NCBI GenBank assembly: GCA_965661285.1
Contig: CBFIDD010000006.1
Coordinates: forward strand, 61,887-125,886
Length of the DNA stretch: 64,000 nt
Direction: 5' to 3'
Source of the DNA: Poseidonia sp.
GTDB taxonomy: Archaea; Thermoplasmatota; Poseidoniia; Poseidoniales; Poseidoniaceae
Shown here one piece after another: positions 20,070 through 29,260 of this stretch. The notes beneath the pieces were generated by a model, which searched no databases, was not told where the DNA came from, and saw only the letters and a list, made by a program, of their open reading frames with translations. A program made the translations under genes and the position numbers. Numbering within the stretch: position 1 is the stretch's first letter; every line of letters starts with the position of its first letter.

Positions 20070-23000
20070 ATGAAGAAAACCCTGACCGCCACCAGCCTAT
20101 TGCTCGTATTCCTCTTCTCCCTGACCTCGCCGCTGGCCAACGTACTCCACGACCACCAAGAGGCGAGCGATACCTCTGCCCGCTCCACAGCGTGCACGGG
20201 CTATGTTTGCATCAACGAAGTCATTCCAAACCCAAACGGTCGCGACGATGGAACCTACCCGGACGGCGAGTGGTTTGAACTCTACAACAGCGGCCCGGTC
20301 GACGTTGATTTGACGGGATGGAAAGTGACCACCAGCGCCCAAAAATCACTGGATTTTGATTCAGCTACCATCGTGGGCTACCAAGCTGGCAACAGTTCCA
20401 CCTGGACCATCAGTCCCGGTGAATACGTGGTGATTGCTCGAAACGGAGACAGCAACTTCTACATGACGAACACGGGGTTGAGTATGACCTTGGTGGACGG
20501 CAGCAACAACAACCTCCACCAAGCGACATGGGGACAGGTCTTGTCGGGAAAAAGCTACGAACAAGACCCCAGCAGTGCCACGGCCAACTGGATTCAAACC
20601 AACAACCCAACCCCCGGTCAAATCAACACCGCAGCAGCGACCAACAACCTGATTCCCGGCGACCTCATCATTACCGAAGTGATGGCCAATTCATGGCCGT
20701 CCTACGATAACGAATCGTGGCCCGGTGGCGAGTGGGTTGAAATCCTCAACACCGGGTCGAGCGATATTGACCTGACGGGGTATAGCATTGAGGATGCGGC
20801 AGGAAACGTCCTCCCGTTCAACGCCTCGCATTTGGTCAACGCCTCTCAAACCATGCTCATCGCACCCGGAGAACACCGCGCGGTCGCCGTTAACGCCACC
20901 AGCGGATACGGCGTGCTCAACAACGGTGTGGAGAGCCTCACCCTCAAGTGGCCCAATGGCAGTCGCTCGCAAGAGATTTCATGGTCGTCGACCGTGCAGG
21001 GCTTTTCCCTCATCGTATCCACCCAGTCCAGCGCTCCGTGGACGTATGCGCCCTACCCGACACCCGAAGGGATGAATCCACTGCCGCTCGAATTGATGCC
21101 GCGCCAGGTCGGCGACATTCAGATGACCGAGATACTCCCCAACGCCACCAACGACGGGGCCACCTTCCCCGACGGCGAGTGGATCGAACTCCACAACACC
21201 GGAAGCGGTACCGTTGACCTCATGGGATGGAGCATCATGGACGGCATGGGCAACTTGACCTTCCTCGACCCCGGCACCCTCGTGTTCAACACCACGCAAG
21301 GTTCGACCACCATCGATGCCGATGGCCGTCGGTTGGTGCAGTTCACCAGCCACACCGAGTTGTGGGACAATTACAACCACATCTTCCTTCGAGACGTGAC
21401 CGAACAGGTTGTGGATACCGCCGCCTACACCACGGATTACGGCGAAGACATGGCCCTGATTCGCACAAACAACCCAGCCGACCCGTGGACGCCTGCTGCA
21501 TGGAAGACGCCGGGTCAGCCCGAGCCAGGCACCATGCCATCCTCCACCACCGTACGCTTCTCTGAAATCCTGCCCGATGCTGTGGGCTCAGACAGTCAGA
21601 CATGGCCGAACGGCGAATGGATTGAGGTGTACAACTACGGCGCCACCGACGTCGATTTGGCGGGCTGGAAGCTCCAAGCCGCCTCCCGTTCATTGACCCT
21701 CCACGAATTCAACATGCCGTTGCAGGAAACCACCAACCTACGTGCAGGCGAAGTGGCCCTCATCGCCTTGAACGGAACCAGCAGTTTCTATCTCAAACAC
21801 ACCTCTTCGGATTCCATCGGTTTGGTTGACGCCTCCGGTTCAACCGTGGACACCATCGCATGGTCAGACACGGTTGAGGGCGAGTCCCTCGTCGCTCCCA
21901 ACAGCACGCATGCAGGCGTTGGCCCCAACGCAAGCTACGCTACTGGCAACTGGTTGTTGTCCGCTTGGGCCACGCCCGGCGAGGTCAATCCTGTTTGGCC
22001 CGCCTACACCGGCTCGACTGAACTCGCCATCACCGAGGTGTTGCCGTACTGTAACGACGATTCCATCGAGCCGACCGAAGACTGGGTCGAGGTTCATAAC
22101 CAAGGCTCAACACCACTGAACATCAGCCGTTGGTCGGTCATGACCGCTGACGGCGACCGACGATTCATGCGAATGGACAGTTTGTGGGCGGAAGAAAACC
22201 AAACCGCGAAACTCGTCCTGCAACCCGACGAGCGGGCCGTCTTTACGATGGAAGAATTCATCCTCACCGGCTTGGGCGATGCCTTCGAACTTCTCCACCC
22301 CGACGGCGACATTGTCGACAGCGCTGCATGGGTCGTCATCACCGATTGTCAAACCCTGATGCCGGGCGATCAAACGAGCGATGATTGGCAACACACCCTC
22401 TGGCCCACGCCAGGCCAAGCCGAGCCCGACCCCTCAAGTTTCGCCACGAAGGATGACGTCCGGTTCACGCGGCTCATGCCGTCCGGTTCGACCGACATCT
22501 CAAGCGACATGGAATTCGTTGAGGTCGCAAATCAGGGCGACAAGCTGGCCGTTCTCAACGGCTGGACGCTGCGCACAACCACCGGTGCCAACAGCATGTA
22601 CAACGCGACCATCACCGACCTGATGATACAACCCCGCACCTCCGTCCTGCTGGCCAACGATGCGGATGCACTCGGCGTCTACGAAGACGGAAGCGTGGTG
22701 GACATTGACAGCGCCCTTGACCGGACGTTTTACTTCCCCAACTCCGGTGCTGCACTCCAACTTCTTGACAGCAGCGGTGCTGAGGTTGACACACTGGTTT
22801 ACGGCAACGGGCCCGTATCGGTCTCGGGATGGAGTGGCATCGCGCTCGTTGAGCCCATTTCCAACCTCGACAACCTGATTTATCTTCGAGGCAGTGGTTG
22901 CGGAGAAACACCCGACACCAACACGGTACAGGATTGGCACGAGCAGTGGAGCCGCCTGGGCGGCAGCACCTTCTGCTTTGATACGACCATTGCAGCCAAC

Positions 23001-24947
23001 GGCGCCATCACCCCGTTGATCGGCCCGGAGAACGGTCTGGTCGACCTGTTGGCATGGATAGATGGGGCCACAACCTCGCTTCACGTTCACATGTACCAAC
23101 TTCAAGAGGTGCACCTGGTCGAAGCCATGATCAGCGCTCAGAACCGTGGCGTGGACGTGAACGTTGTCCTCGACTACGGCGACAACTGGTGGAGTGAATT
23201 CGCTCTTGATACGCAGCGCGGCATGGCGACAAGCCTGCTCGCGGCCGGCGTGGATGTGAAGTGGTTTGGCGATGCGGGTGAAAACCCCTACGCCTACATC
23301 CACAGCAAGGTCGGCGTTCGGGACAACGAAAGTGTGTGGATCGGTTCGGGCAATTGGAAATCGTCCTCGCATCCAGCACCCGGCGAGGCTGGAAATCGCG
23401 ATTGGGGTGTGCTCGTTGCGGATGAAGGCTTGGCCACGATGGTGCTCAATCACCTCGTCTTTGATGAAAACGTTGCTCGGACCCACGTCACGCCGGTCCA
23501 AGCCTCGGACGCACCCAGCGGTTGGAGCATGCCCGCCTCCGGTGCCATCGTGGGCGAGACGGCCACCGCCATCGAAGGCGACTTTGAGGCCAACCTGCTG
23601 GTCTGCCCCGACAACTGCATCGATGAAATCGTCGATGTTTTGGACGGTGCGGAAACTGAAATTCTACTGTCCCTCCAGTACCTCGATACGGATTGGTCTT
23701 GGGGATGGGGAGACAACCCCATACTCGAAGCGTTGGAGGATGCTGCTGCGCGAGACGTCCGTCTTCGCTTGATGTTGAACGGCGCCTACCTCGACGAGGA
23801 CATCCAAAGCGCAGTGGACCTGTTCAATGAGGAATGGAACTTCACCAAGGGCTACGACACATCTGCCATCGTGATGAGCAGCGACGATACGGTCACGAAG
23901 TTGCACAACAAGGGCATCATCGTCGACGGTGAACACGTGCTCGTCTCTTCCATCAACTGGGGAGATTCAGCACTTGTCCGCAACCGAGAGATGGGGCTGC
24001 TCATTTCCAGTCCAACCGTGGCGCAGGTCTACATGGATTCGTGGCACGACGATTGGCAACGTGTTGACAACACCACCGACACCGACCAAGACCGGCTTCT
24101 CGATGCGTGGGAGGTGTTACACGGCCTGAACAGAACCCAACGCAGTGTGGTGGGCGAGGCAACGAGCGATGAATCACAGGTGGACATTGACGACGATGGA
24201 CTCACCAACTTTGCCGAGCAACTCCACGGCGGCGACCCAAACATGGCCGATACGGATGGCGACTGCATCCCCGACGGTTTGGAAGTCGCATGGGCGCAAT
24301 CCAGCGCCCTGAACAGCGGCGTGGAGACCATCTCGCCGAGCGCCGCCCTCTCCATGTGGGACGCTGACCAAGACGGTCAGAACGATAGCGAGGTGCTCGG
24401 TTGTGATTTGGGAGGTATTGACATCGTGCCAGTCGACAACACCACACCTGAATCGACCGATGACGATGACGATGGCGTTCCCAACGAGGACGACCAGTGC
24501 CCCGACACACCAGCCAATGTAGCGACAGACAGCAGCGGCTGTTCCGCCGACCAGCGAGCTGCCCTCGTGGAAGACAGTTCGGAGAGCACCGGCGGAGACT
24601 CTGCACAGTCGTTCTTCCTCATCCTCATGTTGTTCGCCCTGGCCCTGGCGGGCGGAACGTATGTGGTTCTGCGAGGAAAGCAGAACGAAGCAGCAGAGGT
24701 CAAGGACGCCATCAGTGAAACCGCTTTCGCAGAAGTCTCAACCACGCCGGTGAGCAACGAACACTGGCAGCAACCCGTTCTGGACGGAACGGGAAGCACC
24801 GGCGTGACGCCTGAAATGTTGGCACGTGTTCCCGGTTGGACCGCTGATATGGTTGAACAATACCTCCTCCAAGGTTGGACGATTGACCAGTTGGCCACCT
24901 ACTATCAGGAACAGGTGGCCCAGCACGAGAAGCAAGAGCAACATTGA
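20070..24947 (+). CDS. Secreted, C-terminally anchored protein with 6 lamin-tail domains and 2 PLD (HKD) domains (nuclease or phospholipase)
   Basis: Signal peptide from ATG 20070; six I(N/T/S)E.....EW(V/I)E(L/V)xN-type LTD starts; HSKVGVRD (23301) and HNKGIIVD (23904); DxDxDG/TSP3-like repeats; TM FFLILMLFALALAGGTYVVL. Confidence 0.88.
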   Translation: MKKTLTATSLLLVFLFSLTSPLANVLHDHQEASDTSARSTACTGYVCINEVIPNPNGRDDGTYPDGEWFELYNSGPVDVDLTGWKVTTSAQKSLDFDSATIVGYQAGNSSTWTISPGEYVVIARNGDSNFYMTNTGLSMTLVDGSNNNLHQATWGQVLSGKSYEQDPSSATANWIQTNNPTPGQINTAAATNNLIPGDLIITEVMANSWPSYDNESWPGGEWVEILNTGSSDIDLTGYSIEDAAGNVLPFNASHLVNASQTMLIAPGEHRAVAVNATSGYGVLNNGVESLTLKWPNGSRSQEISWSSTVQGFSLIVSTQSSAPWTYAPYPTPEGMNPLPLELMPRQVGDIQMTEILPNATNDGATFPDGEWIELHNTGSGTVDLMGWSIMDGMGNLTFLDPGTLVFNTTQGSTTIDADGRRLVQFTSHTELWDNYNHIFLRDVTEQVVDTAAYTTDYGEDMALIRTNNPADPWTPAAWKTPGQPEPGTMPSSTTVRFSEILPDAVGSDSQTWPNGEWIEVYNYGATDVDLAGWKLQAASRSLTLHEFNMPLQETTNLRAGEVALIALNGTSSFYLKHTSSDSIGLVDASGSTVDTIAWSDTVEGESLVAPNSTHAGVGPNASYATGNWLLSAWATPGEVNPVWPAYTGSTELAITEVLPYCNDDSIEPTEDWVEVHNQGSTPLNISRWSVMTADGDRRFMRMDSLWAEENQTAKLVLQPDERAVFTMEEFILTGLGDAFELLHPDGDIVDSAAWVVITDCQTLMPGDQTSDDWQHTLWPTPGQAEPDPSSFATKDDVRFTRLMPSGSTDISSDMEFVEVANQGDKLAVLNGWTLRTTTGANSMYNATITDLMIQPRTSVLLANDADALGVYEDGSVVDIDSALDRTFYFPNSGAALQLLDSSGAEVDTLVYGNGPVSVSGWSGIALVEPISNLDNLIYLRGSGCGETPDTNTVQDWHEQWSRLGGSTFCFDTTIAANGAITPLIGPENGLVDLLAWIDGATTSLHVHMYQLQEVHLVEAMISAQNRGVDVNVVLDYGDNWWSEFALDTQRGMATSLLAAGVDVKWFGDAGENPYAYIHSKVGVRDNESVWIGSGNWKSSSHPAPGEAGNRDWGVLVADEGLATMVLNHLVFDENVARTHVTPVQASDAPSGWSMPASGAIVGETATAIEGDFEANLLVCPDNCIDEIVDVLDGAETEILLSLQYLDTDWSWGWGDNPILEALEDAAARDVRLRLMLNGAYLDEDIQSAVDLFNEEWNFTKGYDTSAIVMSSDDTVTKLHNKGIIVDGEHVLVSSINWGDSALVRNREMGLLISSPTVAQVYMDSWHDDWQRVDNTTDTDQDRLLDAWEVLHGLNRTQRSVVGEATSDESQVDIDDDGLTNFAEQLHGGDPNMADTDGDCIPDGLEVAWAQSSALNSGVETISPSAALSMWDADQDGQNDSEVLGCDLGGIDIVPVDNTTPESTDDDDDGVPNEDDQCPDTPANVATDSSGCSADQRAALVEDSSESTGGDSAQSFFLILMLFALALAGGTYVVLRGKQNEAAEVKDAISETAFAEVSTTPVSNEHWQQPVLDGTGSTGVTPEMLARVPGWTADMVEQYLLQGWTIDQLATYYQEQVAQHEKQEQH

Positions 24948-24979
24948 AACGGGACCTTGTGCAGAGAAATTCGATACCC

Positions 24980-25744
24980 ATGGAGATTCGAAGCAGTAAC
25001 CCTGTCCTCAATCAAACATTCTGGAGCAACCTGACCGGCAACGACCGGATGACCATCGACGGCAGCCTCCGCAAGATCGGCTTCTTGCTTGCCGTTACGG
25101 TGGTGAGTGCATTCGTGTCTGCAGTACTCTGCATGAACGCGATCAACAACGGCAACGGGGGACTCTATATTGGTGGCTTTATGCTCCTTGGCTTTGTTGG
25201 AGGCGGCATCATTGCCCTGGTGGTCTTCATGACCCGCCCCAAAAATCCAGCGGCTCTCATGAGCCTCTATGCCATTTTGGAAGGCATGGCCATTGGCGCC
25301 ATGTCGTTAATGTTGGAGCTCACAGCCTACAAGGGCATTGCTCTGCAAGCCGTCTTCGGCACCATGGCCATCACCGCCACGATGTACGTGATGTATGCCT
25401 CTCGAATCATCCGACCGACCCCAGCGTTCAACAAGGTCGTCGGTGGATTGGTCATCAGTATCTTCTTTCTGTACCTGACCTCGTTTATCCTCCAAATCTT
25501 CACAGGGTATGATGTTCCGTTCCTCCACTCCTCAGGGCCGATTGGCATTGGACTGACCGCCTTCATTTTGGTTGTTGCCGCGCTCACCCTCATCAGCGAT
25601 TTTGGCTTCATCGAATCTGGCTCACGCTACGGTGCCCCGAAGAACATGGAATGGTATGCTGCTTTTGGGATCTTGATTTCTTTGATTTGGATTTACATCG
25701 AAACGCTCCGCCTGCTCGCCAAACTCCAAGCCTTCAGGGAATGA
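24980..25744 (+). CDS. Bax inhibitor-1/YccA family membrane protein
   Basis: MEIRSSNPVL, MTIDG, YAILEG, DFGFIE, GAPKNMEWYAAFG..LIWIYIETLRLL. Confidence 0.9.
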   Translation: MEIRSSNPVLNQTFWSNLTGNDRMTIDGSLRKIGFLLAVTVVSAFVSAVLCMNAINNGNGGLYIGGFMLLGFVGGGIIALVVFMTRPKNPAALMSLYAILEGMAIGAMSLMLELTAYKGIALQAVFGTMAITATMYVMYASRIIRPTPAFNKVVGGLVISIFFLYLTSFILQIFTGYDVPFLHSSGPIGIGLTAFILVVAALTLISDFGFIESGSRYGAPKNMEWYAAFGILISLIWIYIETLRLLAKLQAFRE

Positions 25745-25750
25745 GGCGTC

Positions 25751-26698
25751 ATGTCGCGGTCCATCCCTACGATTGACTTTCGACTGGCCGTGTCCGACTC
25801 GCCAGCAGAACGAGCGATGTTTGTCGACCATGTTGGTGATGCGCTCAAAGACATTGGCTTCTTCGCCCTCACCCACCATGGGATTCCTCGTGAACTCATC
25901 GAGGAAACCTATGCACGATGCGATGCGTTTTTCGGCCTTGACGAAGCCACCAAGTCCACCTATCTGCGGCCAGACATCGGCCACCAACGCGGCTACACCG
26001 CCTTTGGTGTAGAGCATGCAAAAGATAACCCTGCACCCGACCTCAAAGAGTTCTGGCAAACCGGACGACCTTATCCTGAAGACGGGACCGTGCCAACTTA
26101 CCCTAAGAACATCTGGCCCACCGCACATGTGGAAGGGTTTCAGGCCACCACTGAAGCGCTGTTCACAAGCATGGAAACATTGGCCCAACACCTGTTGTCT
26201 GCGTGTTCACGCTATCTCGGAAAACCAGAGGATTGGCTCTCCAACATGTCAAACGAAGGCAACACCATCATGCGCATGATCCACTACCCGCCACTGGGTG
26301 AAAACACGCCAGAGGGTGCCGTACGCTCCGCTGCACACGAAGATATCAATTTCATCACGTTGCTCGTAACCGCCACCGCTGATGGGCTGGAAGTGATGGA
26401 CCATGACGGGACATGGATCAAAGTCAAAGGCGACCAAGACGCCATCATCGTCGATTCGGGCGATATGCTCCAGAACTTAACCAACGGCTTGTTCAAATCA
26501 ACCACGCACCGTGTGGTGAATCCAAAGGACAGCAACACGCGCCGGTATTCGATGCCCATGTTCGTTCATCCACGAAACGAAATTGACTTGACACCGCATC
26601 CGGATTTTGTCGCCATGACCGGAGGTCTTCCAACCTACGCATCCATCAATGCCGGCGATTATCTCCATCAGCGCTTGAAGGAAATCGGATTGATTTGA
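25751..26698 (+). CDS. 2-oxoglutarate/Fe(II)-dependent dioxygenase, isopenicillin N synthase family
   Basis: IPTIDF, GFFALTHHGI, DLKEFWQ, HEDIN (HxD), HRVVNP, RYSMP (RxS). Confidence 0.93.
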   Translation: MSRSIPTIDFRLAVSDSPAERAMFVDHVGDALKDIGFFALTHHGIPRELIEETYARCDAFFGLDEATKSTYLRPDIGHQRGYTAFGVEHAKDNPAPDLKEFWQTGRPYPEDGTVPTYPKNIWPTAHVEGFQATTEALFTSMETLAQHLLSACSRYLGKPEDWLSNMSNEGNTIMRMIHYPPLGENTPEGAVRSAAHEDINFITLLVTATADGLEVMDHDGTWIKVKGDQDAIIVDSGDMLQNLTNGLFKSTTHRVVNPKDSNTRRYSMPMFVHPRNEIDLTPHPDFVAMTGGLPTYASINAGDYLHQRLKEIGLI

Positions 26699-26702
26699 GG
26701 CG

Positions 26703-28040
26703 TTGCAGGTGGACTTTGAAGAACTCCTTGAAGCCGTGGAAAATGGCCGGTCTCAAAACAAAAGCGACTTGGAAGCGTTCGTCGCCATGGTGGCCGATGG
26801 AAGTGTGTCCAAACCCGACGCCACACGATGGCTCAAAGCCGTTCACACGTACGGATGTACGGTCGAGGACACGGTTGTGTTGACCAACGCGATGATCGAT
26901 TCTGGAGCCAGACTTCAGTGGTCGCCCGGTGCCCCGGTGGTGGATAAGCACAGCACGGGAGGTGTTGGCGACAAAATGTCGCTCATCCTCGCTCCTGCGC
27001 TGGCAGCAGCCGGATGTCGCGTGCCCATGCTGGCAGGTCGCGGCCTTGGCCACACCGGCGGAACCATCGATAAACTCGAATCCATTCCTGGATTCAACTG
27101 TGCACTTTCGCCCACAGAGATGGAGAGAGCCGTTGAAGAGGTGGGGTGCTGCATCGCCGTTCAGAACGAGGCGATCGCACCGGCAGACGGTGTGCTCTAT
27201 GCCCTCCGTGATGTCACAGATACCATTGACAGCGTGCCGCTCATCACCGCATCCATCGTTTCAAAGAAAGCCGCCGAGGGTTTGGACGCCCTCGTTCTGG
27301 ATGTAAAAACCGGTACAGCGGCGTTCATGAAGACCCGCGAAGAGGCGAGAACGTTGGCCACGTCGATGGTCAGGACCGCCGAGGGACTCGGTGTCCGCAC
27401 CGTCGCACAGATCACGTCGATGGACGAGCCCATCGGAACCCACGTCGGTAACGCCTTGGAAGTCATTGGAAGCATCATGGTGCTCCAAGGCAAAGGCTCT
27501 CCCGATACACGGGAACTCGTCGTCATGCAAGGCGCAGCCTTGCTTTCAATGACCATGAAGGATGTTGACCTCGATGAAGGGAGACGCCGAATCGAGGCCG
27601 TGCTCAACAACGGAAAAGCACTGGATGTGTTCCGAGACATGTGTGTCAAACAAGGCGTTGAGACGACCGTCGCTTCGATCTTGACTACGCATCCTGAAAA
27701 GGTTCTCAAAACCGCCCCGCATCAAACCGCTGTCCTCGCAAAGCAGGACGGTTTTGTATCGACGTACGACGCCATGAAGATGGCCACGCTCGCACGTAAA
27801 CACGGTGCTGGTCGATTTGTGCTTGAGGATGAAATCGACCCGCTGGTTGGCTTCGTCATTCAAGCCCCGAAAGGCACGGACGTGAAGAAAAACCAGCCAC
27901 TATTCGCGTTCCACCACACGAAGGAACTCACCGCTGAGGAGTTTCATGAGCTGAAATCGCTGGTCGAGGTTGATGAAAACAAACCGGACCTCCCGCATCG
28001 TTTGATGGAATTGATTGACTCCACCTCAACGAAGGCGTGA
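26703..28040 (+). CDS. deoA: Thymidine/pyrimidine-nucleoside phosphorylase (bacterial type)
   Basis: DKHSTGGVGDK, GRGLGHTGGTIDKLESIPGF, APAD..LYALRDVT, SIVSKK, DVKTG.AAFM, VGNALE. Confidence 0.9.
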   Translation: MQVDFEELLEAVENGRSQNKSDLEAFVAMVADGSVSKPDATRWLKAVHTYGCTVEDTVVLTNAMIDSGARLQWSPGAPVVDKHSTGGVGDKMSLILAPALAAAGCRVPMLAGRGLGHTGGTIDKLESIPGFNCALSPTEMERAVEEVGCCIAVQNEAIAPADGVLYALRDVTDTIDSVPLITASIVSKKAAEGLDALVLDVKTGTAAFMKTREEARTLATSMVRTAEGLGVRTVAQITSMDEPIGTHVGNALEVIGSIMVLQGKGSPDTRELVVMQGAALLSMTMKDVDLDEGRRRIEAVLNNGKALDVFRDMCVKQGVETTVASILTTHPEKVLKTAPHQTAVLAKQDGFVSTYDAMKMATLARKHGAGRFVLEDEIDPLVGFVIQAPKGTDVKKNQPLFAFHHTKELTAEEFHELKSLVEVDENKPDLPHRLMELIDSTSTKA

Positions 28041-28066
28041 TAAAGGGGATGCTTGTCGCCCACCTT

Positions 28067-28142
28067 GCCGATTTAGCTTAGCTGGTGGAGCGTGGGACTG
28101 TTAATCCCAAGGTCGTGGGTTCGAGCCCCACAATCGGCGCCA
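28067..28142 (+). tRNA. tRNA-Asn(GTT), CCA encoded
   Basis: GCCGATT TAGCTTAGCTGGTGGAGCG TGGGA CT GTT AA TCCCA AGGTC GTGGG TTCGAGC CCCAC AATCGGC G CCA. Confidence 0.96.
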
Positions 28143-28286
28143 ATCTCCCTTCATGCCCCGTTTTCATCGATTGAACGCCTTGGGTTCGAGGTTTCCAATT
28201 CACACGACGCCGTGGACAAGAGGGCGTTGTTTAACCAATCCCGAGAAATGTTGATGAGGAATGATGTTCAACGCCCATCCGAAAGC

Positions 28287-29246
28287 ATGGCTGGCCGTTG
28301 TCGTACCCACTTCGCTGTGGTCCTGATGGTGCTGATGATGTCACTGGGAAGCGGTTGTCTCGGTGAGGCTCCTTCTGCATCAACGGCCGCAGATGCTGAG
28401 TCGCTTGAGGCGCTGGCCAACCCGTGCACCCTACCGTCCGACGAACAGACCCAAGTCATGACCACCATCACGGTCAACGGGGTTGAGCGTTTTTTCCGCC
28501 TCACTGTTCCACCTTCGGATGAAGGGACGAAACTTCCCATCGTTTTGGCTTTCCACGGCGGAGGTGATGCAGAAGAGGACTTCCCACAACAAAACGAGTT
28601 TGACCAACTGGCCTATCAAGAGCAATTCATCATGGCCTATGCCATCGCAGAAGGGGATCGAACGCCAGCCGAAGGCGATTGGTTTCTGAACACTGCAGCG
28701 ACCTCTCGAGACGACAACGATTTCGCCCAGTCCGTGGTCACAGAACTTTCGTCTGCGTATTGCATCGATCACGAGCGCATTTACGCCATCGGATATTCCC
28801 TTGGTTCCATGTTCACCTACGAGGTCGCCTGCCAGCTGAATCATCAATTCGCTGCGGTGGCATCGTTCGCTGGAACCATGCCTGTTGAACCCGAGAGTTG
28901 TGATCTCAGCGGCAACATCGCTGTCCTCCATGTCCATGGAAAACTCGACTACATCATCGATTACGACGACGATTGGGATTGGAAAGATGGTGAACATGAA
29001 GGGGTAGGAACGATGAGCAACATACCCGGCATGATTGACGCTTGGGCCGACAGGGCAAATTGCGGCAGCGATGACGTTGCTTCGGATTTCTTTTTGGAAC
29101 ACATCACCCACTCGGCTTGTCAGGGTGATACACGTATTGAGCACTACGGACTGGAATACCATGAGCATACATGGCCTGATGAGGTCGACGGAACACCGAC
29201 ATACGAATTGATGTGGGAATTCCTCAGCGACTTCACCAACGCTTGA
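28287..29246 (+). CDS. Lipoprotein alpha/beta-hydrolase, PHB-depolymerase/LpqP-like esterase
   Basis: Lipobox-like SLGSGC; PIVLAFHGGG, IDHERIYAIGYSLGS (GxSxG), HVHGKLD, HTWP. The track start overlaps tRNA-Asn, so the start was moved (28248 also possible). Confidence 0.85.
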   Translation: MAGRCRTHFAVVLMVLMMSLGSGCLGEAPSASTAADAESLEALANPCTLPSDEQTQVMTTITVNGVERFFRLTVPPSDEGTKLPIVLAFHGGGDAEEDFPQQNEFDQLAYQEQFIMAYAIAEGDRTPAEGDWFLNTAATSRDDNDFAQSVVTELSSAYCIDHERIYAIGYSLGSMFTYEVACQLNHQFAAVASFAGTMPVEPESCDLSGNIAVLHVHGKLDYIIDYDDDWDWKDGEHEGVGTMSNIPGMIDAWADRANCGSDDVASDFFLEHITHSACQGDTRIEHYGLEYHEHTWPDEVDGTPTYELMWEFLSDFTNA

Positions 29247-29260
29247 AAGAGCGAATCGGC

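Noticed and set aside
26703-28040. Archaeal AMP phosphorylase
   Set aside because: It lacks the N-terminal extension and has the bacterial thymidine phosphorylase motif STGGVGDK.
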